Both the position numbers and the translations under genes were made by a program. 64,000 nucleotides of DNA, from contig OX597841.1 in assembly GCA_951406725.2 (NCBI GenBank), positions 26,350,001 to 26,414,000 on the forward strand, read 5' to 3'. The notes under the pieces are model-generated. The model was given only the letters and a program-made list of their open reading frames with translations, did not search any database and was not told the origin of the DNA. Source of the stretch: Octopus vulgaris (Eukaryota). Positions 41,494 to 55,399 of this stretch are shown in pieces. Within the stretch, counting starts at the first letter, position 1. Each line of letters opens with the position of its first letter.

Positions 41494-41895
41494 ATGTATG
41501 TATGTATGTATGTATGAATGTATGTATGTGTGTATGTATGTATGTATGTATGTATGTATATATGTATGTATGTATGAATGTATGTATGTATGTATGTATG
41601 TATGTATGTATGTATGTATGTATGTGTGTATGTATGTATGTATGTATGTATGTATGTATGCATGTCTACGAGTGAGCTCAAAGGTGTAAGTATGTATGCA
41701 TAAGTATCACAATCTATAATTATATATATATATATATATATATATCGACATAGTTATGTATGTATGTATGCATATGTAAATATACATACGTTCATATATA
41801 TATATAAATACGTATAGATATATATATTTATATCCGATAAATAAATTAACACCCGTCAGAGGAATCTGCCGGTGTATCGTTAATGTCAGTGTAGA

Positions 41896-41938
<43 letters not shown>

Positions 41939-41971
41939 CACACACACACACACACACTTACATACTTACAA

Positions 41972-42051
<80 letters not shown>

Positions 42052-42070
42052 ACAGACAGACATACACACG

Positions 42071-42104
<34 letters not shown>

Positions 42105-42228
42105 CATTATCTGTTTTTGTCTGCGAGTGTGTGAGTGTGTATTAAAAAAAAGAAGAAAAAAAAACAATCGCCATACTGCTAGGTGGTTCATCTACGGCAT
42201 TTATTTTTTAGACACATATACATATATA

Positions 42229-42278
<50 letters not shown>

Positions 42279-42399
42279 CATATATATATATATGTATATA
42301 CATATTTACATACACGTGTGTGTGTGTATATCAGCGCACACAATCTGTGAGTCTTAGTTTGTGAACGAATGAAAGATATATATATTTATAAACACGTAC

Positions 42400-42486
<87 letters not shown>

Positions 42487-42802
42487 TTGGTTTGTGTGTG
42501 TGTGTTGTATATATTCTTTTTCTGTTTTGAATAGTGTTTGTTTTTTTCCAGTTTTCCTGTTCCGCTTGTCTCAATATTTTGGCGCTATTATGAATTCTAA
42601 TGTATTGCATGTTCAAACATGGCATACGTTTAAATAAATAGCCATCCATTGCCGAGCAATGTTTACCCACGCTGTTGTCTGTAAATAAAAGAATTACACA
42701 AATACACACACACACACACACACACACATTTATATATATGAATGTATGCATGCATTCATGTATGTGTATATATATATATATGCTTGTATGTATGTGTGTA
42801 TA

Positions 42803-42852
<50 letters not shown>

Positions 42853-43316
42853 TGAATGTATGCATGTGTATGTATGTATGTGTATATATGTATGCATGTG
42901 TATATATGTATGCATGTGTATATATGTATGTGTATGTATGTATGTGTATATATGTATATATATGTATGTGTATATATATATATAAGTGTATATATATGTA
43001 TATATATATAAATGTATATGTATATATATATATATATATATATAGAAATGTATATATATATATGTATGTGTGTATATATATATATATGTAAAAGTATATA
43101 TTTGTGTATGTATATGAATACATACATATGTATTTATATATATATGTATGTACATGTATGTATGTATATATATATGTGTGTATATATTTTGCCTTTCATC
43201 CTTTCGGGGTCGATAAATAAAGTACCAGTTACGCACTGGGGTCGATGTAATCGACTTAATCCGCTTGTCTGTTCTTGTTTGTCCCCTCTATGTTTAGCCC
43301 CTTGTGGGCAATAAAG

Positions 43317-43352
<36 letters not shown>

Positions 43353-43604
43353 TTTTACTTGATTTAATCATCGGACTGGTGCCACGCTGGAGCATCGATT
43401 GAAGGGTTTAGACTGAAAAATCGATGCCAGTTTAAAAAACATTTTTTTTTTCTTAAAGTCTTCTATATATTCTGTTGGCATATTTCGTTGAACGGCTAAA
43501 TTACGGGGACGTAAAGAAACAAACACCGGTTGCCAAACGGTGGTTGGCGAAACGCAGGTAGAGTAGTATACTTTTTTTTAATTTTTTATTAAAATAAATA
43601 AACA

Positions 43605-43675
43605 TTCACCAGCGGTGGTGCCCCAGCATGGTCGCAGCCATCGGGCTAAAAACATTTTTAAGGATTTAAGGATTT
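43605..43675 (+). mobile_element. CR1 LINE extreme 3' end
   Basis: CAGCGGTGGTGCCCCAGCATGG...GGGCTAAAACATTTT(TAAGGATT)n, matching the tail of 56716-57455; another copy at 55020-55093 (-). Confidence 0.75.
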
Positions 43676-43681
43676 CCGAAA

Positions 43682-43719
43682 TTGTTACTCAGAGTTTCAC
43701 GTTACCGTCCGTCGGACAG
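43682..43719 (-). ncRNA. hammerhead ribozyme-like motif (A9 mutated) with inverted decayed partner at 43747-43778
   Basis: Minus strand TGT-CCGACGG-ACG(GTAA)CGT-GAA-ACTC(T)GAGT-A-ACA. Confidence 0.55.
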
Positions 43720-43856
43720 TTGCGATGAAAACTCCCATTTACGACTCTCCGACGAACAGGAACTTGATACTCTAACAGTTTTAGTGATGGTCATGAGCCT
43801 TAATAAAGAGAAGCGTGTATGCACGCGCGCACACGCACGGGTGGGCTGTAAAGAAT

Positions 43857-44086
43857 TCTCTTTTACTCTTTTACTCTTTTACTTGTTTCAGTCATTTGAC
43901 TGCCCGCCATGCTGGAGCACCGCCTTTAGTCGAGCAACTCGACCCCGGGACTTATTCTTTTTGTAAGCCCAGTACTTATTCTATCGGTCTCTTTTGCCGA
44001 ACCGCTAGGTAACGGGGACATAAACACAGCAGCATCGGTTGTCAAGCAATCCTAGGGGGACAAACACAGACACGCAAACACACACA

Positions 44087-44137
<51 letters not shown>

Positions 44138-44270
44138 AAGTAGATAAATGAATTATCTTATTACGGATAATTCAATCCGAATTGGGGACTTTGCAGCCTT
44201 CGAAACATATGTAGAAAATAATAAAAAGGAATTTTGTTAAATCTTCGTTCAGCTCCATTTCTGCCTACAC

Positions 44271-44322
<52 letters not shown>

Positions 44323-44489
44323 TACGACAGGCTTCTTTTAGTTTCCGTCTACCAAATCCACTCACAAGGCTTTGCTCGGCCCGAGGCTATAGTAGGAGAC
44401 ACTTCGCCTAAGGTGCCACGCAGTGGGACTGAACCCGGAACCATGTGGTTGGTAAACAGGCTACTTACCACACAGCCACTCCTGCGCCT
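43857..44489 (-). mobile_element. SINE family A with a ~137-bp insert (44136-44272) inside its (TA)n
   Basis: Tail 43857-44090, head 44322-44489. Confidence 0.88.
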
Positions 44490-44612
44490 ATTAATGCCAT
44501 AGCTGTGAAATCTTACACACATTTATTTCAAACCTTCTTACTTATAACTGCATCGTTTCCTTCCATGTACGTCGACATCTGATTCTTCAAAAGAAAACTT
44601 TAAAAGAAACTA

Positions 44613-45857
44613 TTGGCTTGTCCGGAAAGTTCGTGCCGATTTTTAAAGGAAACAAAAATGCAATAAATACTTGCCATTACATTTTTAATTAACCAAATAT
44701 GAACCATTTTGTTCATTTTGTTGCACAATGCGTCTCCATCTTTCCTTTAACTTGAAAATACCCTCTTCCCAGAACTGAGGTGGTTTCATGGCAAAGTGTT
44801 CATCAATGTGTCTTTTCATGTCATCCAAGGAATTGAAATTTTTGCCATTAAGACTATTCTGCAGAGACCTGAATAAGTGGAAATCCGAAGGAGCAATACC
44901 TGGTGAATATGTAGGGTGGGGTAACACATGCCAGTCGAGCTGCAGCAATTTTTGTCTGGTTCTCAAAGCATCAAGTGCCGAAAATAAACTTTCTTATTTT
45001 CCATTTTAAAGGGTTACAGAATTAACACAGGTTATAGGAACATAAATCTTCTTCCACAAAAAGACAGCTTAAACTGTGGTCTAAATGGAGGTGTAGTGAA
45101 ACCCTATTTTATGGGTCTCCATCTTTCCTTTAACTTGAAAATACCCTCTTCCCAGAACTGAGGTGGTTTCATGGCAAAGAATTCATCAAGGTATCTTTTT
45201 ACGTCATCCAAGGAATTGAAATTTTTACCATTAAGACTATTCTGCAGAGACCTGAATAAGTGGAAATCCGATGGAGCAATATCTGGTGAATATGTAGGGT
45301 GGGGTAACACATGCCAGCCGAGCTGCAGCAATTTTTGTCTGGTTCCCAAAGCATCACGTACCGAAAATGAACTTTCTTATCTTCCATTTTAAAGGGTTAC
45401 AGAATTAACACAGGTTATAGGAACATAAATCTTCTTCCACGAAAAGATAGCTTAAACTGTGCTCTAAATGGAGGTGTAGTCAAATCCTATTTTATGGACT
45501 CAACCATTTTCTAAAATAAGTCGAAAGGTAAGCTACTATAAATCGGCACAAACTTTCCAGACAACCCAATATCTTAAGAGAAAAGCAGAGCTAGCTTAAA
45601 CTGTGCTCTAAATGGAGGTGTAGTCAAATCCTATTTTATGGACTCAACCGTGTTCTAAAATAAGTCAAAAGGTAAGCTACTATAAATCGGCACGAACTTT
45701 CCAGACAATCCAATATCTTAAGAGAAAAGCAGAGCTAGCTTAAACTGTGCTCTAAATGGAGGTGTAGTCAAATCCTATTTTATGGACTCAACCATTTTCT
45801 AAAATAAGTCGAAAGGTAAGCTACTATAAATCGGCACAAACTTTCCGGACATCCCAA
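44613..45857 (-). mobile_element. non-autonomous mariner deletion derivative with internal duplication and triplicated end
   Basis: TA-TTGGCTTGTCCGGAAAGTTCGTGCCGATTT TIR and three inverted partners; VLPHPTYSPDIAPSDFHLFRSLQN-type motif present twice. Confidence 0.9.
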
Positions 45858-45859
45858 TA

Positions 45860-47170
45860 GTAGCGACTTATCTTGAAAATAAACAAAATAGGACATCGTG
45901 GTGTTATCAAGAACCTGCAGATAAAGGAATTAACACACGAAGACTTTGATGCTGACACGGTTGCTATATCAGGCGATGATGCTCCAGCTTTGGCAGCAGT
46001 GCAAAAGTGGTCAGCTGAATTTAGGAATGGAAGGAGATGTCTTGAAAATAACCCAGTGTCTGGTCAGCCTTCAACTGCCACCACCGAGGAAATCATTGGT
46101 CGTTTTTCACCACAGGTTCATGGATGACTGGTGATCGTCTTTTAATGAAATAACCAAAGTTATTCGTATATACTCTCTTTTACTCTTTTACTTGTTTCAG
46201 TCACTTGACTGCGACCATGCTGGAGCACCGCTTTTAATCGAGCAACTCTTTTGTAAGCCCAGTACTTATTCTATTGGTCTCTTTTGCCGAACCGCTAAGT
46301 GACGGGGACGTAAACACACCAGCATCGGTTGTCAAGCAATGCTAGGGGGGACAAACACACACATACGGATTTATATACATATATACGATGGGCTTCTTTC
46401 AGTTTCCGTTTACCAAATCCACTCACAAGGCATTGGTCGGCCCGAGGCTATAGTAGAAGACACTTGCCCAATGTGCCACGAAGTGGGACTGAACCCGGAA
46501 CCATGTGGTTGGTAAACAAGCTACTTACCACACAGCCACTCCTGCGCCTATCCGAGGAATTATTCGAGAATATTCTGCACAATGATCCTGACTTTGCGAA
46601 GGTTTGTGCTCTGTCTGTGCTACGTCTTTTGACACGAGATCAAACGCGCACTAGGCTCATCTCATCATGGGAAAAAATGATTGTTTGAGACAGATGTTTC
46701 CTTGAACAGGCTGTGTGTTGAGTTCATCACATTGAGCCAGTGACAATGACACATTCCTTGCTGTCGTAATACCCCTCCCCACCTTTTTCCAAGAAGGCCA
46801 AGGTCATTTCGTCTGCTGGGAAGATGATGGCCTCACGTGTTTGGGATGCAAAAGGCATTGTGCTTATTGACTCTCCTCAAAAGGGCCACGTTATCAATGG
46901 AGAGTATTTAGACAACTTAGTGAGGTTCTTGCGAAAGGCTAGGAAGCCTGAACACCCAGGAAATCTGACGAAAGAGGTCTTGTTTCATTAGAGCCATGCT
47001 CCAGCACACAAGCCCTTCATTTCAGTGGCTGCCATGCGTGACTGTGGCTTTGAACTGGTCGATCACTCTCCCCATGCTCCTGATTTTGTCCCATCTGGCT
47101 ATCATCTGTTCTCCAAGATGAAAAAAAAAAGCACTTGGCTGGGCGGGAACTAGTAATATAGTGATGATAA
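45860..47170 (+). pseudogene. mariner transposase relic, irritans (Himar1-like) subfamily, interrupted by a SINE
   Basis: KIGHRGVIK...VQKWSAEFRNGRRCLENNPVSGQP; KAKVISSAGKMMASRVWDAKGIVLID; APDFVPSGYHLF. Confidence 0.85.
46172..46549 (-). mobile_element. SINE family A
   Basis: Near full length, small internal deletion. Confidence 0.9.
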
Positions 47171-47179
47171 CGCCATACC

Positions 47180-47375
47180 TGCTGTTGATTGTTGTTGTTG
47201 GTCACCTCAAGCGCCTGGGGATAACTATCAGAAGCGCTAGAGCCGCGGAAGGGAGACGAATCATCTCATCCATTGTAGCCCCTAGTTGGTGGATATAGCG
47301 TTCCACCATCAGGGCCGGACATCTCAGCCAGAGATGTTCTGCAGATTCTACCACCCAGAGCCGCGAACGACCGGA
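47180..47375 (-). mobile_element. 3' end of a non-LTR retrotransposon (I-group-like CCHC knuckle)
   Basis: ESAEHLWLRCPAL...RRLR, stop, then (CAA)n tail. Confidence 0.6.
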
Positions 47376-48227
47376 GCTGTACCATCTTCCCTCCAAACAT
47401 GGCTAGGCGAATTTCGTCCTAACAATTCAATTTTCGACTCGTCTGTCCGTAGAACATTTTCCCAGAATGTATCAGATTTATCTTTATGGTCATAAACAAA
47501 TTTTAAATGGGCATCTCTATGCCTTTTAGTCAACAGCGGAGTTTTTCTAGGAGAGTATGACTTTAGTTCATTCCTACGAAGTTCATTGCTGATTGTTCGT
47601 AGTGTTCCACTAGGCCCTCATCATTGCGTTTTTTTCGATTCTTCACTTCATTTTTCTTAAAGATCTAGGAGAAATCTTGCGTGGTACTCTGGATCTTATT
47701 CTGTTTTCAATAGTTCCCGATTTTTTACATCTTTGAATAAATGAAGATATGGTAGAAAATGGAATACAAAGGGTCTCTGATATTTTCCTGTAACTTTTAC
47801 CTCTTTTCCACTGTTCAATAATTAAGTTTTTCACTGAATTTGTGAGTTCTTTACTTTTCGCCATTATTACGATACTACTTTATGTTGTCTCAGTGCTGAA
47901 TGAAGAAGCTAGCGTTTTGACACTTAAAAATGACAACTGATAAGATTATTGGAACAAACGAGAAAGTTCTAGTGAAAATAAAAGATATTTTAACAGTATT
48001 TTGTGGCATAAAATCATAAATTTATTCTGTGCGAATACTTTTTTCGCTCCTAAATATTTATAATTGTGTATAAATTCATTAGTTACTATAATTTTTTAGT
48101 TTCTTTTGCATATTCTTCGTTTATGCATGTGTATGCAAATATACTATTGGTATATCCCATTTATGTTCATTAGAAATTAAATAAATGAAGAATTTTGACA
48201 TATACGAATATTTATTTCCCCCCACTG
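47376..48227 (-). pseudogene. Tc1-like transposon, 5' half
   Basis: TA-CAGTGGGGGGAAATAAATATTCG end with inner direct repeat near 48030; MAKSKELT...GKSYRKISETL HTH; PRKTPLLTKRH...FWENVLRTDESKIEL. Confidence 0.9.
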
Positions 48228-48310
<83 letters not shown>

Positions 48311-49046
48311 ATATATATATATATATATATACACGCACACAATACACGTACGTGATGTATATGTATATATCATATATATATATATATATATATATATGCA
48401 TATAAATATAAGGATAAGGATATATCTATATAATTTTGTATACTTATACATATTTGCGGGGCATTTCTGCGTATTGTATGTGTGTGCGTGTGTGTAGGTA
48501 TGTGTGTGTATATATATATATACACACATACATTTATATGTATGTATATGTATACATATTTGTTTACAAATGTTTATATATTAGTTTTTACAAGTATGTA
48601 CACTTATGTTTATATATATGTATATCTATATACGTGCAAATATGGGTATATATATATATACAAGTGTATATATTCTTGATTTGTGTGTATATGTGTTCCA
48701 TGTATATATATATATGTGTGTTTGTGTGAGTGTGTCTCCACGCATATATATATATGTACATATATAAATATATATATATATGTGTGTGTGTGTTTATACC
48801 AAAACTTATTTATTATGCTAATACACATACACAAACAAATACACACACACACACGCGCACTCATATACACCCACCATAAAATATGTAAAGCAGAGGTTCC
48901 ATATTTCTGCAAGACTCAGTGAAGCAGGAACAAATTCCATCACTTTAATCAAATTCTTCATTGAAGAACTTGAAGATTTCTTGGCAAACTCCACCGAAAT
49001 CTGTCTAAGCAAGTTCAACATCTCAGATCGACTAAAAGCTTCTCCG

Positions 49047-49090
<44 letters not shown>

Positions 49091-49164
49091 GCCTGTTATA
49101 TATGTTTATATGAGTGTACGTATGTTGCACGCTCGTCTTGCAGCGTGCATGTGCGTGTAGTGTT

Positions 49165-49216
<52 letters not shown>

Positions 49217-49324
49217 TGTACGTATGTATAATGTTTATATAAATTTATATGCATGTTTAATAATGTCTGCATACCTTAGCTCTCTCTCACTTTCTCTCTT
49301 TTTCTCTGTGTGTAAATGTGTATG

Positions 49325-49375
<51 letters not shown>

Positions 49376-49511
49376 ATGTGTGCATGTATATATATATGTA
49401 TATGTTTCTGTTTGTATAAATGTGTGTGTGTATATATATATATATATATGTGTTTGTGTGTATGTGTTTTTCGTATGTGTATGAATGTATGTGTGTGTGT
49501 ATATATATATG

Positions 49512-49571
<60 letters not shown>

Positions 49572-49657
49572 CATACATACATACATATATACGAATGTTT
49601 GTGTGTGTATATATATATTTACGCACGTATATGTGTGAATTTGCGTGTGTATAAATG

Positions 49658-49700
<43 letters not shown>

Positions 49701-50243
49701 GTGCATATATGTGTGTGTATGGGTGTTTGTTTGGATATCTATCCGTCTATATAAACACTTGCACGGAAACATTCACCTATGATAAATATACATGTACGTG
49801 TATTATCTATCTACCTATCCATCTATCTATATATGTATATATATATATATATATATATGTAAAATTTATATACCTTTATACATATCCATATACAATTGCA
49901 CGCGTATTTCATACACACCTAAAACCCACATGTACACACATATACGTCTAAATGTAAGCGTACATATTATATACAGCTGCTTGTACAGTTGCTTTCATAA
50001 TAATCTATATGCTGTTATATACTCGCGGAAAGTTTTCTTATTTCGTTTTTATTGTGGTTTGCGCCGTTGTTTTTCTCGCATCCATCTGATAATCAAGACA
50101 GTTTTATGAATTAAACAAACTTGATATATTGCCTCAACGGGCATTCAGTTATGTACAGTGAGACATACATACATACATACATACATACAAACATACGTAC
50201 ATACATACATACATGCATGCATGCATGCATACATACATACATA

Positions 50244-50643
50244 TCTTTATATATAAAAGTAAGGTTGTGTGTTGTCTGTCTACTCCGATTTAGATTCCTA
50301 ACTACTCCCACATTTTGCGGTGCAGTTTAACCAAAACCGGGTATCTTATAGTTGTGATTCATATCGAGCCCTTCTGGGTATTAGCGCGCGTCTACGATGA
50401 GTCTACGATTTAAAAAAAAATTTACCATCATTTTTTTCCATTTTAATGCATTTTTTCGCTATTAAATAAGGGAAGTAACTCTCTAAAAATATCTACGATG
50501 AGTCAACAATTTAAAAAAAATTTACCATTATTTTTTTTCCATTTTTAATGCTTTTTTTTGCTATTTTTTGGCTATAACTCTCTAAAAATGCTTATATAGT
50601 TATTTCCCTTACAAACCCGAGCAATGCCGGGCGATACTGCTAG
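50244..50643 (+). mobile_element. non-autonomous Helitron (same family as 6425-6822)
   Basis: TC start, 3' hairpin, CTAG end, A|T target. Confidence 0.85.
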
Positions 50644-50695
50644 TATATATATATATATGTACTTTATTTAAAAGCCGCAGAAAATTCAACAATAC

Positions 50696-50733
50696 TTGTT
50701 ACTCTGAGTTTCACGTTCCCGTTCGTCGGACAA
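50696..50733 (-). ncRNA. minimal type I hammerhead ribozyme-like motif (U4C core) in a ~140-bp insert in (TA)n
   Basis: Minus strand TTGT-CCGACGA-ACG(GGAA)CGT-GAA-ACTC(A)GAGT-A-ACAA; all three stems pair. Confidence 0.72.
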
Positions 50734-50801
50734 TTTTACCCCTGGTATTTGAGTACTCTTTTTTCCAGCTTGTTTCACATTTATGTGTTTACTCCGGCAT
50801 A

Positions 50802-50852
<51 letters not shown>

Positions 50853-50984
50853 GCACATGTTCCTATTTGCATGTACATTTATACGTTCATACATATATAT
50901 ATAGATACATACATGCTAGATTTCATTCGTACATCCGTAAGTACGTATAGGCGTGGCTGTGTGGTAAGAAGCCTGCTTCCCAAT

Positions 50985-51815
50985 TTCAAGCCGGAAACTA
51001 CAGCCTAGAAGACGAACTTCGTCCGAGATCTGTAGAGCTCGATGAGGCCGTCCTACAAAACCTTATGGAACAAAAAACCATTGTAACTGTTGAAGAACTA
51101 GCAGAGAGGCTTGGATTTGGTCATTCAACCATATTCTTCAACACCTGCGTGTCATCGGAAGAGTCAGCAAATTGGGTCAATGGGTTTCTCAGAAACTTGC
51201 CGAGCCCTAATCGCGTGCAGAGAGTGAATGTGTGCTCTTGTTTTGATGTCAAGTCTCACGAATGAATCTTTTTTGGACTGAATAGTACGAAGGGCTGAGA
51301 AATGGGATCCCTATAAAAATGTCAAGCGCCGAAGACGGTGGGTAGGGATAGGATAGACACCACCAACCCAGACTAAAGAATACCTTCTTTAACCGGGGTG
51401 TTAACAGATGTTTGGTGGGATATAAAAGGTTTAGTCCTCTTTTTGATCTTTTAAACCCAAACCAAACGATAACATAGATCTACTGCGAGCAGCTTAAGCG
51501 GCTTAAGTCAGCGCCAGAAGAAAAACGACTACCTTTGGTTTCAAGACGAAAGGTGTTCTTCCATCAGGATAATGCTCGGCCACATAATGCGAGGACGACA
51601 TTCCAAGGGCTGGAGCAGTTTGAATCGGAAACAATGCCCTACCCACCATATTCACCGGAGTTTGCCCCCTCTGATTATCATTTATTTCGCAGTCTTCAAA
51701 ATGATTTGGACAGAAGAAATATGAATTCTGTAGACGAGATCAGAACAGTACTTGGGGAGTATTTTGCGTCACGGACAAGTGCATTTTGGAAGAGGGCCCT
51801 TGCAATTCTATCTCC
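50985..51815 (+). pseudogene. mariner (DD34D) transposase relic
   Basis: FFHQDNARPH...PYPPYSPEFAPSDYHLFRSLQN; multiple frameshifts. Confidence 0.9.
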
Positions 51816-51828
51816 TTAAAATCATACC

Positions 51829-51881
<53 letters not shown>

Positions 51882-51885
<4 letters not shown>

Positions 51886-52257
51886 GTTTAACTTTTGCTT
51901 TATATTTGTACAAGTTGGCTCCAAGTCTCACCGAGAGACCTCAAGAGACAACTGGTTGGAAGTTCACGTTGTTGTTATGCCTAGGGTGCCATATATTTGT
52001 TTTTTTTTTTGGGTGTTGTACTAGTGAATGTCTAATAAACAACTAAAAATAAATAAATAAAATTGTTTGTTTTAAACCCTGAGATTACATAGAAAGTATT
52101 TTGCGCAGGATATGAGCACTTCCCATGAGCACTATCTTTTGAATTTCTGCCATTTTTGGGTTTCCTGGTATCTGAGTTAGGTAGCAATCAGCCCCTTTTG
52201 CTATCATTCCCAGGACACCTATGACAACAGGTATTGTTTTAGTCTTCAGGTTCCACA

Positions 52258-52258
<1 letters not shown>
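51882..52258 (-). mobile_element. 5'-truncated R4/Dong LINE 3' end inserted in (TAA)n
   Basis: 52258-52085 encodes MWNLKTKTIPVVIGVLG...IQKIVLMGSAHILRKILSM then stop; (TTA)n on both flanks, the known Dong target. Confidence 0.88.
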
Positions 52259-52297
<39 letters not shown>

Positions 52298-53812
52298 GTG
52301 AAAGAACGCATTAGTAGATATGACCGTGCACAGGATGAAAAGAAAAAACCGGATGATTTATAGTTAGAATACCTTCCTCTCTAGGTCGGTTCGATGAGAG
52401 ACGACCTGGGGCTAAACAAGTTGCGGATCCGTGGAACAAAAAAAACAAAGTGTATCAGCAACAGCTATCACCGAGACATCATCGGTACCATCAGCACCAT
52501 CACACCCATCGACTTAGCAACCAGCACGACTATCACCACCGGACACTACAACCACCACCACCACCGATATCACCACCACCTCCAGCACCAGCAAGGACTA
52601 CAACCACCACCACCTCCAGCACCAGGAATACAACCACCATCTTCACTACCAGCATCACCAGCACTACTACCACCACTACCACCACCAAGACCATTACCAC
52701 TACCACCGTCACCACCTCCACTACAAAACCCTCCACCACCACCACCACCAATACTACCTCTACCAGCACCAACTCCACCACCACCACCGCTAACAGCCGT
52801 CACAACGACGACCACCAACACCACCACTATCTCCATCACCAGGACTACAACCAACACCATGACCATCACCAACTATCACCAACTCCACATCCACCACCAG
52901 CGCCACCGACACCACTATCACCACCGTCAACGCCACCGCCATGACGACAAGGACGACGACGACGACCACCACCACCATACCACTACCACCACGATCTCCA
53001 CTGCGCTCATGACCACCACTACCACCACCACCACCACCACCACCACCACCACCACCACTATCACCACTACCACCACCACCACCAGCGCCACCGACACCAC
53101 TATCACCACCGTCAACGCCACCGCCATGACGACAAGGACGACGACGACGACCACCACCACCATACCACTACCACTACCACCACGATCTCCACTGCGCTCA
53201 TGACCACCACTACCACCACCACCACCACCACCACTATCACCACTACCACCACCACCACCACCACCACCACCACCACTATCACCACTACCACCACCACCAC
53301 CACCACCACCACCACCACCACCACCACCACCACCACCACCACCATCACCACTACCAACATGACCATAACCATCATCACCACTACAACCAACACCGCCTCA
53401 ACTATCATCCCATCACCACCACCACCACCACCACCACCAACTCTTTTCTTCCATGACCACCACCACTGGCGCAAACCCCTCAACAAACAGGTTTAACTAA
53501 TTCCTCATTAAGCTTCGATTGTTTGGAACAAAGGAAAAGAGATAATTGGGGAAGAGAAGGAAACTGTCTAAATTTGTCTTCCCAGCACACACACACGCAC
53601 ACACACACGTACGCACACACACACATATACACACACATACACACACACATACATATATGCATACATACATACGTAGACGTATGTCTGGATATATGTATGT
53701 ATGTATGTATGTGTGTGTGTGTGTGTAAGTATTCACACATGTAAGTATACACACAGACACACATAATATATATGTGTGTGCGTGTGAATACGTATGTAAA
53801 TAATGTAAACAG

Positions 53813-53862
<50 letters not shown>

Positions 53863-53996
53863 CTATGTATATGTATGTAATGTATACTTATATATATACA
53901 TATATATAAAGTATACGTATGTGTGTGTGTTTGTGTGTATACATTTATATATATATGCATTATATGTATATATATCTGTTTACATTATATATATAT

Positions 53997-54160
53997 AGGC
54001 GCATGAGTGGCTGTGTGGCAAGTAGCTTGCTAACCAACCACATGGTTCCGGGTTCAGTCCCCACTGCGTGGCATCTTGGGCAAGTGTCTTCTGCTATAGC
54101 CCCGGGCCGACCAATGCCTTGTGAGTGGATTTGGTAGACGGAAACTGAAAGAAGCCTGTC

Positions 54161-54199
<39 letters not shown>

Positions 54200-54410
54200 T
54201 GGGTGTGTCTGTGTTTGTCCCCTTAGCATTGCTTGACAACCGATGCTGGTGTGTTTACATCCCCGTCACTTAGCGGTTCGACAAAAGAGACCGATAGAAT
54301 AAGTACTGGGCTTACAGGAATAAGTCCCGGGGTCGATTTGGTCGACTAAAGGCGGTGCTCCAGCATGGCTGCAGTCAAATGACTGAAACAAGTAAAAGAG
54401 TAAAAGAGTA
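53997..54410 (+). mobile_element. SINE family A
   Basis: Full-length match to family A. Confidence 0.9.
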
Positions 54411-55399
54411 TATATATATATTTAGTGGAGATGGTGGTTGTATACATACACACACGTATATTCTTTATTACGTATTTATGTTACCGTTGCTGTTCCCTGT
54501 ATTTTCCCGCCTCCCCCCATAACTCCCCCTTTTAACCGTTCAATCTAGAGATGGCGTTCTTTCTTTCCATTTTGTCTTGTTTATTTTCTTCTTCTCATTT
54601 TCTGTACTTGCCGTATTTTCTCTTTCTCGTTCGCCGCTCATTTATGCCTAAAGAACCCCGTGCTCCCAGAAGCGAAACTCTGGAGTATCAAGACACTAAA
54701 TCGGTCAAAATAAAATATATTATTCATCTTTAGTATGGTACCGACTAAACGTGTGTGTGACTATGTGTGTATGCGTATGTGTTTGTGTGTGTTTGAGTGG
54801 GTGTATGGCTGCATGAGTGCGTACGCATGTTTGGGTTTTTGTGTGCGTATGTGCGTATGTGTTTGTGTTTTTGTGTGTGTGTGTGTATGTGTGCATTTGT
54901 GTGTGTATGTGTGTGTACGTATATGTGTGTTTGTGTGCGTGTGCGTGCGTGTGTATTTGTATTTGTGCGTGCGTATGTGTGTCTGTGTGTTTGTGTTTGT
55001 GCCTGTGTCTGTGTGTACCTTATCCTTAAATCCTTAAAATCCTTTAAAATGTTTTAGCCCGAAGGCCGCGGCCATGCTGGAGCACCACCGCTGAAAAAGC
55101 GATGTGCATCTTTCAACTGCGGCTATGCTGGAGCACCGCCATGAAATACTTTGTTGAACAAATACATCGCAGCACTTATTTTTATTCCTGGTACTCATGC
55201 TAACGGTCCCTTTTGCCGAATCGCTAAGTTAAAACGATGCGGATAAAGGTCCTTACCGACTCGTACCGACTGACAAGGACCGGTTTCCCGGCTTCTGTGA
55301 CGCATATATCCTACCATGCTCCTGGACAGGACGCCACCCCTTTACAGGATGACTCACTCTTGCCAGCTGAGTAGACTGGAGCGACGTGGAGTGAAGTTC

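Noticed and set aside
52394-53496. Pro/Thr/His-rich mucin- or extensin-like ORFs (also 9921-11111, 20670-21710, 23322-24241)
   Set aside because: (CAC)n/(GGT)n low-complexity DNA open in several frames on both strands; no domain or splice evidence
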